Assembly: GCA_020637395.1 (NCBI GenBank)
Contig: JACJWA010000001.1
Coordinates: 1,711,228-1,775,227 of the forward strand
Direction: 5' to 3'
Source of the DNA: Calditrichota bacterium
Lineage (GTDB): Bacteria > Electryoneota > RPQS01
Length of the DNA stretch: 64,000 nt
Shown here: positions 46,472 to 57,303 of the stretch, piece after piece
Layout of the letters: every line of letters begins with the position of its first letter
Numbering within the stretch: position 1 is the stretch's first letter
Position numbers and translations under genes: made by a program
Notes under the pieces: generated by a model
Database searches by the model: none
Told to the model about the DNA's origin: nothing
Seen by the model: only the letters and a program-made list of their open reading frames with translations

Positions 46472-48897
46472 TTCGGGCACTGGTGAATCAAACCTGCTTT
46501 GAGGTTCTTCTCTTCCATGTAGTTGTTGCCGCAGGCCGGGCACTTCTCCGCGACCGGGCGGCTCCAACTCACGAAGTCACAATTCGGATAGTTTGAGCAA
46601 CCAAAGAACAGTTTGCCGCGACGAGAATTGCGAGCACTTATCTTGCCGCCGCAGCCTTCACGCGGACAATCAATGGCCTTCGGGTCTGGCATGGGCTGAA
46701 TGGTCTTGCATTCCGGATATCCCGTGCAGCCTAAGAACCAGCCAAAGCGACTACGCTTGGGGGCCATCAGTTTGCCGCACTTGGGACAGAAGGTCTCTGG
46801 CACTTCCGGAGCTTTTTCGCTCTCCAAAGGCTCCGTATAGCGGCACTCCGGATAGTTCGTGCAGGCGATGAACTTGCCCGCCCTGCCCCATTTGATCACG
46901 AGTTCGCCGCCGCAGTCCGGGCAGGGTTTGTCCAGCACTTCCTGTGTCGCCTTTTTCAACTCGTCGCGCTTCTGCTTCACCCGCTCCAAATCAGCAGAGA
47001 ACGGCTTGTAGAAATCCTTGACCACCTTCTGCCACTTCACGCCGTCATTCTCAATCGAATCCAGCTCTTCTTCCATCTGAGCCGTGAAGGACACGTTGAA
47101 GACATCGGGGAACTGCTCGATCAACACCTTGCTCACGGCCTCACCCAACTCGGTTGGCTGAAAACGGCGCTGTTCGTTAGTGATGTACTTGCGCTTGACC
47201 AGCACCGAAATGATTTGAGCATACGTGCTCGGGCGCCCGATGCCGAGTTCGTCCAGAGTCTTCACCAGCGACCCCGCGTTGTAGCGCGGAGGCGGTTCGG
47301 TGAAGTGCTGCGCGGGAGTCACTTTCTCGGCGGAATAGTCTTTCCCCACCTTCAGCGCGGGCAGTTCGTTGGTCATCTCCGATTCGAGCTGTTCGCGCGC
47401 ATCGTGCGGCGTGTCGTCCACCGCTTCGGCCAAGACCTGCAAGTGCCCCGGAAAGAGCATGCGGCGACCGTTCGCGCGAAACTCGTACTTGCCGATTTCG
47501 AGAGTCGCGGTCGTGACCTCAAAGCGCGCTTCTTCCATCTGCGAGGCCACAAAGCGCTTCCAGATCAACTCATACAGCTTGAATTGCTCGGGCTTCAAGT
47601 ACTTCTTGACCGAGGCCGGATCGCGCGTGACGTCCGTGGGACGTATCGCTTCGTGCGCATCCTGTGCCGCGTTCTTGGTCTTGAAATGGCGAGCGTGAGT
47701 CGGCAAATACTCCGCACCGTAGCGCTCCGTGACAAATTCGCGGAGTGCGCTGATGGCTTCGGGAGCCACGCGCACGGAGTCCGTACGCATGTAGGTAATC
47801 AAACCCACCGAACCGTCCTTGCCCAATTCAACTCCTTCATAGAGCTGCTGTGCCGCGGACATCGTGCGATCATTCGAAAAACTCAGGCGGCGCGCCGCAT
47901 CCTGCTGCAAGGTGGAGGTGGTGTATGGCGCAGACGGCGACGACTTCGTGGGCCGTGCCTTCAGATCCGTCAACTTGAATTCCTTGCCCGTGCACTCCTT
48001 GACAATCGCTTTGGCCGATTTCTCGTCGGGCACTTCGGCTTTCTTTCCGTCTATTTTGGAAAGCCTGGCTTCGAACTTCTCCTTCTTGTTCGCCGCCAAC
48101 AGGGCCGCTATGGTCCAATACTCGACCGGGACAAATGCGCGAATCTCCGCTTCACGCTCGCAAATCAGTCTCAAGGCAACCGATTGCACACGGCCCGCCG
48201 AAAGTCCGCGCGCAATGATCTTTTGCAGCAGCGGAGAAACCAGATAGCCCACAAGCCTGTCCAACACGCGGCGCGCCTGCTGAGCATCCACCTTCTGATT
48301 GTCCAATTCGCCCGGCTTGGATAGCGCGCGCTTCACCGCATCGCGCGTGATCTCGTTAAACAGCACGCGGCGAATCTTCGCCTTGTGCTCTGGATCAATC
48401 TCTTCGGCAATGTGAAAGGCAATTGCCTCGCCCTCGCGGTCAGGGTCGGTCGCGATAAACACTTCCGTGGCATCGCGTGCATTCCGCCGCAGCATCGTCA
48501 GGACATCTTCCTTGCCGCTGATCGTCACGTACTCAGGTTCGAAGTTGTTCTTGACATCCACGCCAAGCTTCTTTTCAGGTAAGTCCCTGACGTGCCCCAC
48601 GGATGCGGCCACGGCGAATTCACTGCCCAAGTAGCCCGAAAGGGTGCGCGCCTTTGCCGGAGATTCGACAATCACGAACTTGCGTCCGACTGCCGAAACG
48701 TCCTGCATCGCGGCGCCGCGAGAGGCACGCTTCGCAGTTGAGCGGCCGGTTTTTGCAGCGCTTTTGGCAGAGGTCTTCTTGGCTGCGGAAGTCTTGGCGG
48801 CCTTCTTAGCAGAAGCCGCTTTCTTGGCAGGAGCCTTCTTGGCCGCCTTCTTCGCGGTCTTAGAGGCGCTCTTTGAGGAAGTTTTTTTGGTCGGCAT
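46429..48897 (-). CDS. topA: DNA topoisomerase I with an N-terminal Lys/Ala-rich extension and C-terminal Zn ribbons
   Basis: TOPRIM FVIVESPAKARTL, the active-site ITYMRTDS, and repeated CPxCG...C motifs. A canonical N-terminus would begin at M64 (48708). Confidence 0.95.
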   Translation of the reverse strand: MPTKKTSSKSASKTAKKAAKKAPAKKAASAKKAAKTSAAKKTSAKSAAKTGRSTAKRASRGAAMQDVSAVGRKFVIVESPAKARTLSGYLGSEFAVAASVGHVRDLPEKKLGVDVKNNFEPEYVTISGKEDVLTMLRRNARDATEVFIATDPDREGEAIAFHIAEEIDPEHKAKIRRVLFNEITRDAVKRALSKPGELDNQKVDAQQARRVLDRLVGYLVSPLLQKIIARGLSAGRVQSVALRLICEREAEIRAFVPVEYWTIAALLAANKKEKFEARLSKIDGKKAEVPDEKSAKAIVKECTGKEFKLTDLKARPTKSSPSAPYTTSTLQQDAARRLSFSNDRTMSAAQQLYEGVELGKDGSVGLITYMRTDSVRVAPEAISALREFVTERYGAEYLPTHARHFKTKNAAQDAHEAIRPTDVTRDPASVKKYLKPEQFKLYELIWKRFVASQMEEARFEVTTATLEIGKYEFRANGRRMLFPGHLQVLAEAVDDTPHDAREQLESEMTNELPALKVGKDYSAEKVTPAQHFTEPPPRYNAGSLVKTLDELGIGRPSTYAQIISVLVKRKYITNEQRRFQPTELGEAVSKVLIEQFPDVFNVSFTAQMEEELDSIENDGVKWQKVVKDFYKPFSADLERVKQKRDELKKATQEVLDKPCPDCGGELVIKWGRAGKFIACTNYPECRYTEPLESEKAPEVPETFCPKCGKLMAPKRSRFGWFLGCTGYPECKTIQPMPDPKAIDCPREGCGGKISARNSRRGKLFFGCSNYPNCDFVSWSRPVAEKCPACGNNYMEEKNLKAGLIHQCPKCKHKIEIEPASKP

Positions 48898-49029
48898 ATC
48901 CTTCAGAAAGGAAAAGCTTCGAGCATGGGCTCAAAGCTTGTGAGATAACATGACTTTTGGCAGCCGAATTCTGCGGCTCGTCCCATGGAATTCCGTGGAT
49001 TCTGCCTGCTTTTCAAGCAAGCTTCCGGC

Positions 49030-49506
49030 TTAGTGTATTAGTTCAGGCGAGAGGCGGGCCGATGCTGCAGGCATCATGCTTTCGCCAGGGAGCAGCTCTT
49101 TTTCAAACAAATGCGTGGCAACCATGAGCTTCATCTCGGTGACGTCTGCCGCCGGGGAACCCATCATCACGCATCTTTCGATCAACTCTTCCATATCTGA
49201 ATGCGTCAAGAGCCCCAAGCGCACGAGCTGCAAGACGTGTCCCTGCGCTTCACTGCTGATATAGCTTGACTCCATCTCGTGAAGCACCCGGTATGCGTTC
49301 GGGTTGACAGGCTCCTGAATCTGGGATCTCTGTCGTGTCCCCGCCATGCGATGCGTGAAGACGGAGAAGGCCGTGGCCACTTCACGTCGCGAAAAACCCT
49401 GGCGGATCAGGTCTTCGGAGATTCCATCAATTTCATCCAGATTCACTCGGCGAGCTTCAATCTCACCGATTACATACAAAATAATCTCAACGATCCGTTG
49501 GTCCAT
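49030..49506 (-). CDS. smg: Smg (DUF494) family protein
   Basis: Size, helical pattern and position immediately upstream of topA match the conserved smg-topA linkage. The SD sequence AAGGAAGG lies upstream. Confidence 0.7.
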   Translation of the reverse strand: MDQRIVEIILYVIGEIEARRVNLDEIDGISEDLIRQGFSRREVATAFSVFTHRMAGTRQRSQIQEPVNPNAYRVLHEMESSYISSEAQGHVLQLVRLGLLTHSDMEELIERCVMMGSPAADVTEMKLMVATHLFEKELLPGESMMPAASARLSPELIH

Positions 49507-49621
49507 GCAGTGGCCTTCCTTGTTAACCCCGGAAAATGGGGTCGGTTCCGCGTAAAGCTGCCGATTCGTTTAAGTGAAGGGCAGTATTACTTTTAGCCAT
49601 CAGTCTCCCGACCGACGCCTC

Positions 49622-49650
49622 ATTGTAGCGAAAAAAACCGCGAAAGGCAA
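49622..49650 (-). promoter_or_regulatory. sigma70-type promoter for smg-topA
   Basis: The minus strand reads TTGCCT, a 17-nt spacer, then TACAAT, directly after the secA stop and about 115 nt upstream of smg. Confidence 0.55.
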
Positions 49651-49656
49651 GCCTTC

Positions 49657-52600
49657 TCACCCTGAAACTTCTTCGGCTGCCCCGTGACACTTCTTGTACT
49701 TCTTGCCACTACCACACGGGCATGGGTCATTTCTACCCACGCGCTGCTCGACCCGAACCGGCTCCTTCTTCCCGACCTGTCCCTGGCCGGAAGGCTGCCC
49801 CGGAGCCGGTTGACCACCCTGTGACGGCGGCTGGCTGTAGGCCATTCCGGCGGCGCTCGCATGGGAATAGGTCATAGCAGGTGTGCGGCTTACTCTTGGC
49901 GGCTCAGCGGCTTCGCCAGACCGGGGTTCAGTCTGCAGACGATAACTGAACATGATGCGTAGGGCATCCGTGTTGACTTCGTCCAACATGCTCTGGAAGA
50001 GCGTGAAGCCTTCTTTCTTGTACTCAATCAACGGGTCCTTCTGGCCATAGGCACGCAGACCAACGCCTTCTTTCAGCCCATCCATTCCATACAGGTGATC
50101 TTTCCACTTGATGTCAATGACTCTCAGGATCGCCTGCCTCTGCAATTCGCGGAACAACTCCTCTCCCAGCAACTCGCCGCGATTGGCCCGCGCCACGTCT
50201 ATCTTCTTCTGCAGCATCTCATGCTGCTGACCTGCCGACGCCGCGAAGAACTCATTCTCGTGCGACATGTCAATCAGGAACGTGCGCATGACGTCTTCGA
50301 CAACGCCTTCGCGGTGAATGTCCGCTCCGTCCCCGTGCTTCTCAAAAACAAAGTCCACGTAGTCGCCAATCATTTCATCCACCAGCGGAGAAGGATCCTC
50401 ACCCCGCAACGCGATGTTGCGGCGCGAATAGACCACGGAACGCTGCTGATTCATCACGTCATCGTATTCAAGCAGGTGCTTGCGAATGGAGAAGTTGTAT
50501 TCCTCAACGCGCTGCTGCGCTCGACCGATCGAACGAGTGATCATCCCCGCTGAAATCACTTCCCCTTCTTTCAGTCCCAGACGGTCCATGACCGACGCCA
50601 TGCGATCCGATCCGAACAATCGCATCAGATCGTCTTCCAATGACACATAAAACTGACTTGCGCCGGGATCCCCCTGACGGCCAGCACGTCCGCGCAGCTG
50701 ACGGTCAATGCGCCGCGACTCGTGACGCTCCGTCCCGAGAATGAACAGACCGCCCTCCGCCTTGGACTTGTCGCCTTCGTCGCCTTGCCAGCTAACCACA
50801 CCCTGGCCAAGCTTGATGTCTGTTCCGCGACCCGCCATGTTGGTGGCAATCGTGACTGCCCCAAGCTGACCGGCCTTCGCCACAATCTCCGCTTCCTTCT
50901 GGTGTTGCTTGGCATTCAGCACTTCATGCGGAATCCGTCGGCCCTTCAGCATGCGCGACAAAAGTTCCGAGGCTTCCACCGACGCCGTGCCCACAAGCAC
51001 AGGCTGGCGATTACCATGCAGTTCGGCGATACGATCCACGATGGCGTTGTACTTTTCGCGCTTCGTTCGGTAGATCAAGTCGTTCATGTCGTCACGGCGA
51101 ATCTGCTGATGCGTCGGAATGACCATGACCTCAAGCTTGTAGATCGAGAAGAACTCCGATTCCTCAGTCTCGGCAGTTCCGGTCATACCGGCCAACTTGC
51201 CGTAAAGTCGGAAGTAGTTCTGCAGCGTGATCGTGGCGATTGTTTGCGTCTCGCGTTCAATCTTTACGCCTTCTTTGGCTTCAATCGCCTGATGAAGCCC
51301 GTCCGAATAGCGGCGGCCCGACAAAATGCGTCCCGTGAACTCGTCCACGATCTGCACCTTGCCGTCCTGCACCACGTACTCCACGTCTTTCTCATAGAGC
51401 GCATAGGCCTTCAGCAATTGCGAGACATTTTGGACGCGCTCAGCGCGGTGTGCGTAGATGCTCTGAAGTTCCGTCTTCTTCGCGGCGCGATCCTCAACGG
51501 CCAAAGAGTCATCCACATCAAGCTTGGCAAACTCGTCCGCAAGATCGGGCAGGAGGAACAGATCGGGGTCGCCGCCGTGATACTTGGTCAGTTGCAGGCG
51601 GCCCTGCTCGGTCAAATCGGTCTGATGACCCTTTTCTTCGATCGAGAAATAGAGCTCCTCGTCGAGCTCGTGCATCTTCTTGTCGCGCAGGTACTCATTC
51701 TCAACGCGCTGACGCAGTTGCACATTCGACGGCTCTTGAAACAGCTTCAGAGTTCGCTTGTGCTTCGGGAAGCCGCGATGCAGCTTCAACAGCCGCTTGC
51801 CGGCCTCAAACTCGTCGAACTTCGGCTCGGCAAGCATCTTCTCAACTTCATCCGCCAGCTTGATAATCAACTGAGACTGCAAGCGAACCAGCTGCTCGAC
51901 AGGAGACTTCATCTCGTCAAATCGCTGAGTGGAATGCTCCACGGGACCCGAGATAATCAGAGGCGTGCGCGCTTCGTCAATCAGCACGCTGTCCACTTCA
52001 TCCACGATCGCGTAGTGATGTCCGCGCTGCACGACATAATCCATGTGCAGAGCCATGTTATCGCGCAGATAGTCGAAGCCAAACTCGTTGTTCGTGCCGT
52101 AGGTGATGTCCTTGCCATACTCCTCGCGGCGCCTGGGCGGCGGCATGTCGGAGGTGATCACGCCAACGCTCAGACCGAGCATCTCGAACACCGGACCCAT
52201 CCATTCAGAGTCACGTTGGGCAAGATAGTCGTTTACCGTCACCAGATGCGCGCCCTTTCCGGGCAAGGCATTCAGATAGAGCGCAAACGTGGCCACAAGA
52301 GTCTTTCCTTCGCCCGTGGCCATTTCCGCAATCTTGCCCTGATGCAGTGCGATGCCGCCGATGATCTGCACGTCATACGGAAGCATGTTCCATGTGACTT
52401 TCTGTCCGCGCACGTCGTACTCATGGCCCATCAGACGGCGGCAGGCGTTTTTCACCGCGGCATACGCTTCGACCATGATATCGTCCAGAATTTCGCCGTC
52501 GTTCAAACGCGTGCGAAATTCGTCGGTCTTGGCCCGAAGCTGTTCCGTCGTGAGCGACTGATACTCGGTTTCGTACCCGTTCACCGCGTCCACAAGCGGA

Positions 52601-52665
52601 CGAAGCTTCTTGGCAGAGCGGTCGTGCTTCGTGCCGAAAATCTTGGAAAGAAAAAAGTCGAACAT
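49657..52665 (-). CDS. secA: Preprotein translocase ATPase SecA
   Basis: [21 protein letters not shown], and the C-terminal SEC-C motif [14 protein letters not shown]. Confidence 0.97.
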   Translation of the reverse strand: MFDFFLSKIFGTKHDRSAKKLRPLVDAVNGYETEYQSLTTEQLRAKTDEFRTRLNDGEILDDIMVEAYAAVKNACRRLMGHEYDVRGQKVTWNMLPYDVQIIGGIALHQGKIAEMATGEGKTLVATFALYLNALPGKGAHLVTVNDYLAQRDSEWMGPVFEMLGLSVGVITSDMPPPRRREEYGKDITYGTNNEFGFDYLRDNMALHMDYVVQRGHHYAIVDEVDSVLIDEARTPLIISGPVEHSTQRFDEMKSPVEQLVRLQSQLIIKLADEVEKMLAEPKFDEFEAGKRLLKLHRGFPKHKRTLKLFQEPSNVQLRQRVENEYLRDKKMHELDEELYFSIEEKGHQTDLTEQGRLQLTKYHGGDPDLFLLPDLADEFAKLDVDDSLAVEDRAAKKTELQSIYAHRAERVQNVSQLLKAYALYEKDVEYVVQDGKVQIVDEFTGRILSGRRYSDGLHQAIEAKEGVKIERETQTIATITLQNYFRLYGKLAGMTGTAETEESEFFSIYKLEVMVIPTHQQIRRDDMNDLIYRTKREKYNAIVDRIAELHGNRQPVLVGTASVEASELLSRMLKGRRIPHEVLNAKQHQKEAEIVAKAGQLGAVTIATNMAGRGTDIKLGQGVVSWQGDEGDKSKAEGGLFILGTERHESRRIDRQLRGRAGRQGDPGASQFYVSLEDDLMRLFGSDRMASVMDRLGLKEGEVISAGMITRSIGRAQQRVEEYNFSIRKHLLEYDDVMNQQRSVVYSRRNIALRGEDPSPLVDEMIGDYVDFVFEKHGDGADIHREGVVEDVMRTFLIDMSHENEFFAASAGQQHEMLQKKIDVARANRGELLGEELFRELQRQAILRVIDIKWKDHLYGMDGLKEGVGLRAYGQKDPLIEYKKEGFTLFQSMLDEVNTDALRIMFSYRLQTEPRSGEAAEPPRVSRTPAMTYSHASAAGMAYSQPPSQGGQPAPGQPSGQGQVGKKEPVRVEQRVGRNDPCPCGSGKKYKKCHGAAEEVSG

Positions 52666-52738
52666 GGTCTTTCTGTTGTCCTGCTTGCGAGAATGACGCG
52701 GGCGGCAACCGCCGCCCTTACATCCCGCGTTTTGCCGC

Positions 52739-53419
52739 TTACATTCCTATGAAAAGTCTTGAGGCCAAAAACTCCGGAAGGCCCGCCTCGCGGACCCGCT
52801 GAGCCGCGCGCTGCACGTCATAACTTACCCGGCACCAGCGAAAACTGCCGGTCTCCGTGTCATACACCACATAGCTTGCCTGCGGATTTCGGTCCCGCGG
52901 CTGACCCACCGCTCCGACATTGATGATGCGGCGATTCTCCGAACCCACGAAATGCGCGGGGATGTGCGAATGCCCGATAAACGCCGTTCGCCCCGGAGGC
53001 ATCGCGTCGAAATGCTGACCCGCTTCATCCGGATTGTGAATGTAATTCCACGCCCCGGGATCCTTCGGCGTCGCGTGAACCAGCAGCACACTCTCGAGCG
53101 AGTGAACCAGCTGAAGGCCTTTCAGCCACGTCAAGTGGCTCTCTTCGATGTTCACCGACGTCCACTCAATGGCGGTGCGTGCATACGCGTTGAAGAACTG
53201 CATGGGCGTAAACCCGCACAGCGCCGAGTCATGATTTCCCATGACACAGACCGAGCACACCTCACGAACCAAGTCGCAGCATTCGTTCGGACTGGCACCG
53301 TATCCCACAACGTCGCCCAGGCAGACAATCGTCTCGAGGGCTTGCTTCTGGCAGTCTTCAATAACCGCCTCAAGCGCCGGAAGGTTCCCGTGGATGTCTG
53401 AAATGATTCCAAGCTTCAT
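52739..53419 (-). CDS. Calcineurin-like metallophosphoesterase (YfcE/MJ0936-like)
   Basis: ISDIHGN, GDVVGYG, GNHD and GHSH. The ATG at 53419 overlaps the nusB stop in an ATGA overlap. Confidence 0.85.
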   Translation of the reverse strand: MKLGIISDIHGNLPALEAVIEDCQKQALETIVCLGDVVGYGASPNECCDLVREVCSVCVMGNHDSALCGFTPMQFFNAYARTAIEWTSVNIEESHLTWLKGLQLVHSLESVLLVHATPKDPGAWNYIHNPDEAGQHFDAMPPGRTAFIGHSHIPAHFVGSENRRIINVGAVGQPRDRNPQASYVVYDTETGSFRWCRVSYDVQRAAQRVREAGLPEFLASRLFIGM

Positions 53420-53862
53420 TGGGGTTCCACCGCTGCGTGTTTCTGCTTGCGCGTGTCCGTCTTTCGCATCTCGGCACACACCGCATCGAGAATACCGTTC
53501 ACGAATCGCCCGCTTTGGGCTGTTGAGTACTGCTTGGCAAGTTCAATCGCTTCGTTGATCGTCACTTTGTACGGAATATCGTCAAAGTAGAGAAACTCCG
53601 CGATCGCCATGCGCAAAATCAGCAAGTCCAGGACCGCAAGGCGAGCCATGTCCCACTTCTGAACCGCTTTGCGAATCGCCTCGTCTATCTTCTCGTCGCC
53701 CGACGCCGCGCGCTCGCACAGCCCGCGGCAGAACTGCAAGTTCTGGTCCGCGCGGGCTCCTTTCAGAATGTCGTCAAAACATTGCGCGACCGGATAGCCC
53801 GTCAAACGGACTGCATAAAGCACCCGCAGTGCCCATTCGCGGGCGGATCTTCTGCTGCGCAT
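53416..53862 (-). CDS. nusB: Transcription antitermination factor NusB
   Basis: RSAREWALRVLYA, and INEAIELAKQY. Confidence 0.9.
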   Translation of the reverse strand: MRSRRSAREWALRVLYAVRLTGYPVAQCFDDILKGARADQNLQFCRGLCERAASGDEKIDEAIRKAVQKWDMARLAVLDLLILRMAIAEFLYFDDIPYKVTINEAIELAKQYSTAQSGRFVNGILDAVCAEMRKTDTRKQKHAAVEPQ

Positions 53863-53880
53863 GACTCTCTTTCTCTTGCC

Positions 53881-54849
53881 TTACAGCCAGTAGTGCAGAC
53901 CAAGCGCGTCGTCGCGACGGCCTTGAATCAAGTCAAAGTACGCGGTCTGAATCTTCTTCGTAATCGGACCCGCTTTGCCTTCGCCAACAACGACCTTGTC
54001 CACCGAACGAACCGGAGTGATTTCGGCTGCCGTTCCCGAGAAGAACACTTCGTCGGCAATATAGAGCATCTCGCGCGGCACCAGGCCTTCGGTAATCGGA
54101 ATGTTCAGTTCATGTGCGAGCTGCAGCACACAGCCGCGAGTAATACCGGGAAGCACCGAGGCGCCCAGTGGCGGAGTCACAATCTTGCCGTCACGAATCA
54201 CAAACACGTTTTCACCCGAACCTTCGGAAATATAGCCGTTCGTGTCCAGCGCAATCCCTTCCACGAACCCGAAGTTGGTCGCATCAATCACATGAAGTTG
54301 TGAGTTAGCATAGTTCGCCGCGGACTTCGCCAGTGCCGGCATCGTGTTCGGTGCGATGCGGTTCCAGCTCGACACCATCACGTCCACTCCCATTTCGAGA
54401 GCTTCGGCACCAAGGTACTTCCCCCAACGCAGCGGAATGATCGAGCATTCGGTCGGGCACTCGCGCGGGTGCACGCCCAGAGAGTGGTAGCCGCGGTAGA
54501 TCAGAGGGCGAAGATAGGCTTCGTCCATATTGTTTGCCAAAACCACTTCGGCGCAGGCAAGTTCGATCTGCTCTTGCGTGAAGGGCATCGGCATGCGATA
54601 AATCTTGGCGGAATCGAGCAGGCGGCGAATGTGAGCTTTGAGGCCCCAAATCGTAGTCCCGCGCTCCGTTTTATAGGCGCGGATGCCTTCAAAAACGGCA
54701 GAGCCGTAATGCAGCGCATGCGTTGCAATGTGCACGGTCGCTTCTTCCCAATGGATCAGCTTGCCGCTCATCCATATTTTGAGCGTCTCGTCAAAGCGGG
54801 ACTTTGCCACCTTCCGCTCCTGTTGTAATGTAGTTTCCATATCAGGCAT
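53881..54849 (-). CDS. ilvE: Branched-chain amino acid aminotransferase
   Basis: [16 protein letters not shown], and LPGITR. Confidence 0.92.
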   Translation of the reverse strand: MPDMETTLQQERKVAKSRFDETLKIWMSGKLIHWEEATVHIATHALHYGSAVFEGIRAYKTERGTTIWGLKAHIRRLLDSAKIYRMPMPFTQEQIELACAEVVLANNMDEAYLRPLIYRGYHSLGVHPRECPTECSIIPLRWGKYLGAEALEMGVDVMVSSWNRIAPNTMPALAKSAANYANSQLHVIDATNFGFVEGIALDTNGYISEGSGENVFVIRDGKIVTPPLGASVLPGITRGCVLQLAHELNIPITEGLVPREMLYIADEVFFSGTAAEITPVRSVDKVVVGEGKAGPITKKIQTAYFDLIQGRRDDALGLHYWL

Positions 54850-55984
54850 TCAATAGGTTTCTTGCAATAATTGTACGTTGTATTTCGGAGGTGCCTTCGT
54901 AAATCTCGGTGACTTTCGCATCGCGAAGCATGCGCTCGACCGGGAAGTCCTTAAGATAGCCGTTGCCGCCGTGAATCTGCACGGCCTCCATGGCAACTTT
55001 CATCACGATGTCCGATGCATAAAGCTTGGCCATGGCTGCTTCATGCGAGAAGCGCTGGCCGCTGTCCTTCCTGCGTGCCGCGCTGTAGTTCAAGAGTCGC
55101 GCAGCTTCCGTCATCATCTCCATGTCCGCGAGTTTGAACTGCGTCGCCTGAAACTCCGCGATCGCCTGTCCAAACTGCTCACGGATCTTCGAGTACTTCA
55201 CCGCCTCTTCCAACGCGCCCTGCGCCAGGCCAATCGCCTGCGCCGCAATGCCGATTCGTCCGCTGTCCAGCGCGGTCATCGCCACCTTGAATCCGTCGCC
55301 TTCTTTGCCCAGCATGTTCTTGGCCGGAACGCGGCACTCTTCCAGAATAATCATGCAGCAATCCGAGGAGCGGATTCCCATCTTCTTCTCATTTGGACCA
55401 CGCTTGAAGCCCGGCATCGTCGCATCCACCATGAAGGCGGAGATTCCTTTCGTCTTCTGCGCCTTGTCCGTGCGAGCCATGATGATGTACGTATCGGACA
55501 TCAACCCGTTGGTGATGAACGCCTTTTCTCCGGTCAAGATGTAGTCGTCGCCGTCTTTCACCGCGGACGTGGTCAGACCTGCGGCATCCGACCCGACTCC
55601 CGGTTCCGTCAGACAGAAAGCGCCCAAGAGTTTGCCTTCCGCCAGCGGCTTAAGATAGCGGGCATGCTGATCCGGTGTGCCGAATTTTTGAATCGGATAG
55701 CAAACGAGCGAGTTATTCACGGACACAATCACGCCCACCGACGGATCCACACGCGAGAGCTCTTCGATGACGATAGCATACGTCACGGTGTCCATGCCCG
55801 CGCCGCCCAATTCTTCCGGAGTGTTGACCCCCATGAAGCCCAAGTCGGCGATCTGCTTGATGATCTCCGTCGGGAATTGACTCTTCTCGTCGCGCTCGGC
55901 AACCGTCGGGCGAATTTCCTTTTCGGCAAACTCGCGAATGACGTGTTTGACTTCCAGTTGTTGTTCGGTAAGAAGGTGGTCCAT
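54842..55984 (-). CDS. Acyl-CoA dehydrogenase (short/branched-chain type)
   Basis: [14 protein letters not shown], and the C-terminal QIHGGNGY...[10 protein letters not shown]. Confidence 0.92.
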   Translation of the reverse strand: MDHLLTEQQLEVKHVIREFAEKEIRPTVAERDEKSQFPTEIIKQIADLGFMGVNTPEELGGAGMDTVTYAIVIEELSRVDPSVGVIVSVNNSLVCYPIQKFGTPDQHARYLKPLAEGKLLGAFCLTEPGVGSDAAGLTTSAVKDGDDYILTGEKAFITNGLMSDTYIIMARTDKAQKTKGISAFMVDATMPGFKRGPNEKKMGIRSSDCCMIILEECRVPAKNMLGKEGDGFKVAMTALDSGRIGIAAQAIGLAQGALEEAVKYSKIREQFGQAIAEFQATQFKLADMEMMTEAARLLNYSAARRKDSGQRFSHEAAMAKLYASDIVMKVAMEAVQIHGGNGYLKDFPVERMLRDAKVTEIYEGTSEIQRTIIARNLLNA

Positions 55985-56023
55985 TGCTTGAAAATATGAA
56001 GTAAGAAATATGAAATTGGAAAT

Positions 56024-56047
56024 CAGACCGTCACAACATGACGTCTG
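56024..56047 (-). terminator. Candidate terminator hairpin after ybjQ
   Basis: The minus strand reads CAGACGTCA-TGTTG-TGACGGTCTG (one bulge) followed by ATTTCCAATTTC. Confidence 0.45.
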
Positions 56048-56053
56048 TCGTGT

Positions 56054-56377
56054 TTAGGCCGAGACTTTGACGGCGGTGCCGGACGCGGAGACCATCAGCA
56101 TGGAACCGCCGGAGCCAATGACTTCGTAGTCGAGATCCACTCCGACCACGGCATTGGCGCCCAAAGCTTTGGCATTGTCCGCAAGTTCCTGAAGCGCGAT
56201 CTCGCGAGCTTTGCGCAATTCGTTCTCGTAGGCTGCGCTGCGTCCGCCGACGATGTCGCGAATTCCGGCAAACAGATCTTTGAAAATGTTCGCGCCGACG
56301 ATTGCTTCACCGGCCACAACGCCCAAATAGCTTTCAATCTTGCGGCCTTCCACGGAAGGCGTCGTCGTGACTACCAT
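56054..56377 (-). CDS. ybjQ: YbjQ/UPF0145-family protein
   Basis: [44 protein letters not shown]. The ATG at 56377 is preferred. Confidence 0.85.
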   Translation of the reverse strand: MVVTTTPSVEGRKIESYLGVVAGEAIVGANIFKDLFAGIRDIVGGRSAAYENELRKAREIALQELADNAKALGANAVVGVDLDYEVIGSGGSMLMVSASGTAVKVSA

Positions 56378-56387
56378 TTTCGCTCCT

Positions 56388-57242
56388 TTAGCTTGCGTAG
56401 TTATAGAATCCGCGTCCGTTCTTGCGTCCCAGATAGCCTGCCGCGACATACTTCTTCAACAGCGGACACGGGCGATACTTTGAGTCACCGAGGTCGCGGT
56501 GCAGCACTTCCATGATCGCCAGACAGACGTCGAGGCCAATCAAGTCGGCCAATGCAAGCGGACCCATGGGATGATTCATACCAAGCTTCATCACGCCGTC
56601 AATCGCTTCGGCCTCGCCCACGCCTTCCATCAAGCAGTACACGGCCTCGTTGATCATCGGCATCAAAATGCGGTTTGAGACAAAGCCCGGGAAGTCATTC
56701 ACGGTGATCGGCGTCTTGCCCAGGGCTTCGGCGAATTTCACCGTCGCGGCATGCGTGGCATCGTCGGTGGCTAGGCCGCGGATGATTTCAACCAACTGCA
56801 TCATCGGCACCGGATTCATGAAATGCATGCCGATAAACTTGTTGGCGCGCTTGGTGGCCGCCGCGATCTGCGTGATGGAAATCGTGGAGGTGTTCGAAGC
56901 CAAAATCGCTTCGGGTTTCGCCAAGGCGTCAATCTTGCCGAACAGGTCTTTCTTCACCGCTTCGCTCTCGACAATCGCTTCGATGATGATATCCGCCTTG
57001 GCGACGTCTTCAAGCTTCAGGCTTCCGTGCAGACGACCGAGCGTCGCGGCCTTGTCTTCTTCACTAAGCTTACCCTTGCTGACCTGACGGTCGAGATTCT
57101 TTGTAATCGTTCCCAAACCGCGATCCAGGAGTCCCTGGTTCACTTCAATAAGGTATACGGTGCAGCCCTGCTGCGCACAAACGTGGGCAATGCCGTTGCC
57201 CATGGTGCCGCCGCCAATGACGGCTACTGTGGAGATACTCAT
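56388..57242 (-). CDS. hbd: 3-hydroxyacyl/3-hydroxybutyryl-CoA dehydrogenase
   Basis: [14 protein letters not shown], and [18 protein letters not shown]. Confidence 0.93.
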   Translation of the reverse strand: MSISTVAVIGGGTMGNGIAHVCAQQGCTVYLIEVNQGLLDRGLGTITKNLDRQVSKGKLSEEDKAATLGRLHGSLKLEDVAKADIIIEAIVESEAVKKDLFGKIDALAKPEAILASNTSTISITQIAAATKRANKFIGMHFMNPVPMMQLVEIIRGLATDDATHAATVKFAEALGKTPITVNDFPGFVSNRILMPMINEAVYCLMEGVGEAEAIDGVMKLGMNHPMGPLALADLIGLDVCLAIMEVLHRDLGDSKYRPCPLLKKYVAAGYLGRKNGRGFYNYAS

Positions 57243-57303
57243 GATGTTCTCTATTTAATCCCGCAGCGTACCTTTCCGGCACCGACCGCGAGGTGAATGA
57301 TTG

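Noticed and set aside
45488-46567. The tyrosine recombinase as a marker of an integrated mobile element.
   Set aside because: The sequence is XerC/XerD-like and sits between hpf and topA among core genes. I noticed no flanking tRNA, direct repeats, phage or transposon genes, or compositional shift.
48955-49000. Near-palindromes (CCATGGAATTCCGTGG and AGCCG-N7-CGGCT) in the smg-topA gap, considered as regulatory sites or a terminator.
   Set aside because: The stems are short and imperfect, there is no U-tract, and no second copy occurs in the window. The evidence is insufficient to call a feature.
49628-49644. The T7 tract after the secA stop as an intrinsic terminator.
   Set aside because: The preceding stem is only 3-5 bp. 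The tract fits better as the 17-nt spacer of a TTGCCT/TACAAT promoter for smg-topA.
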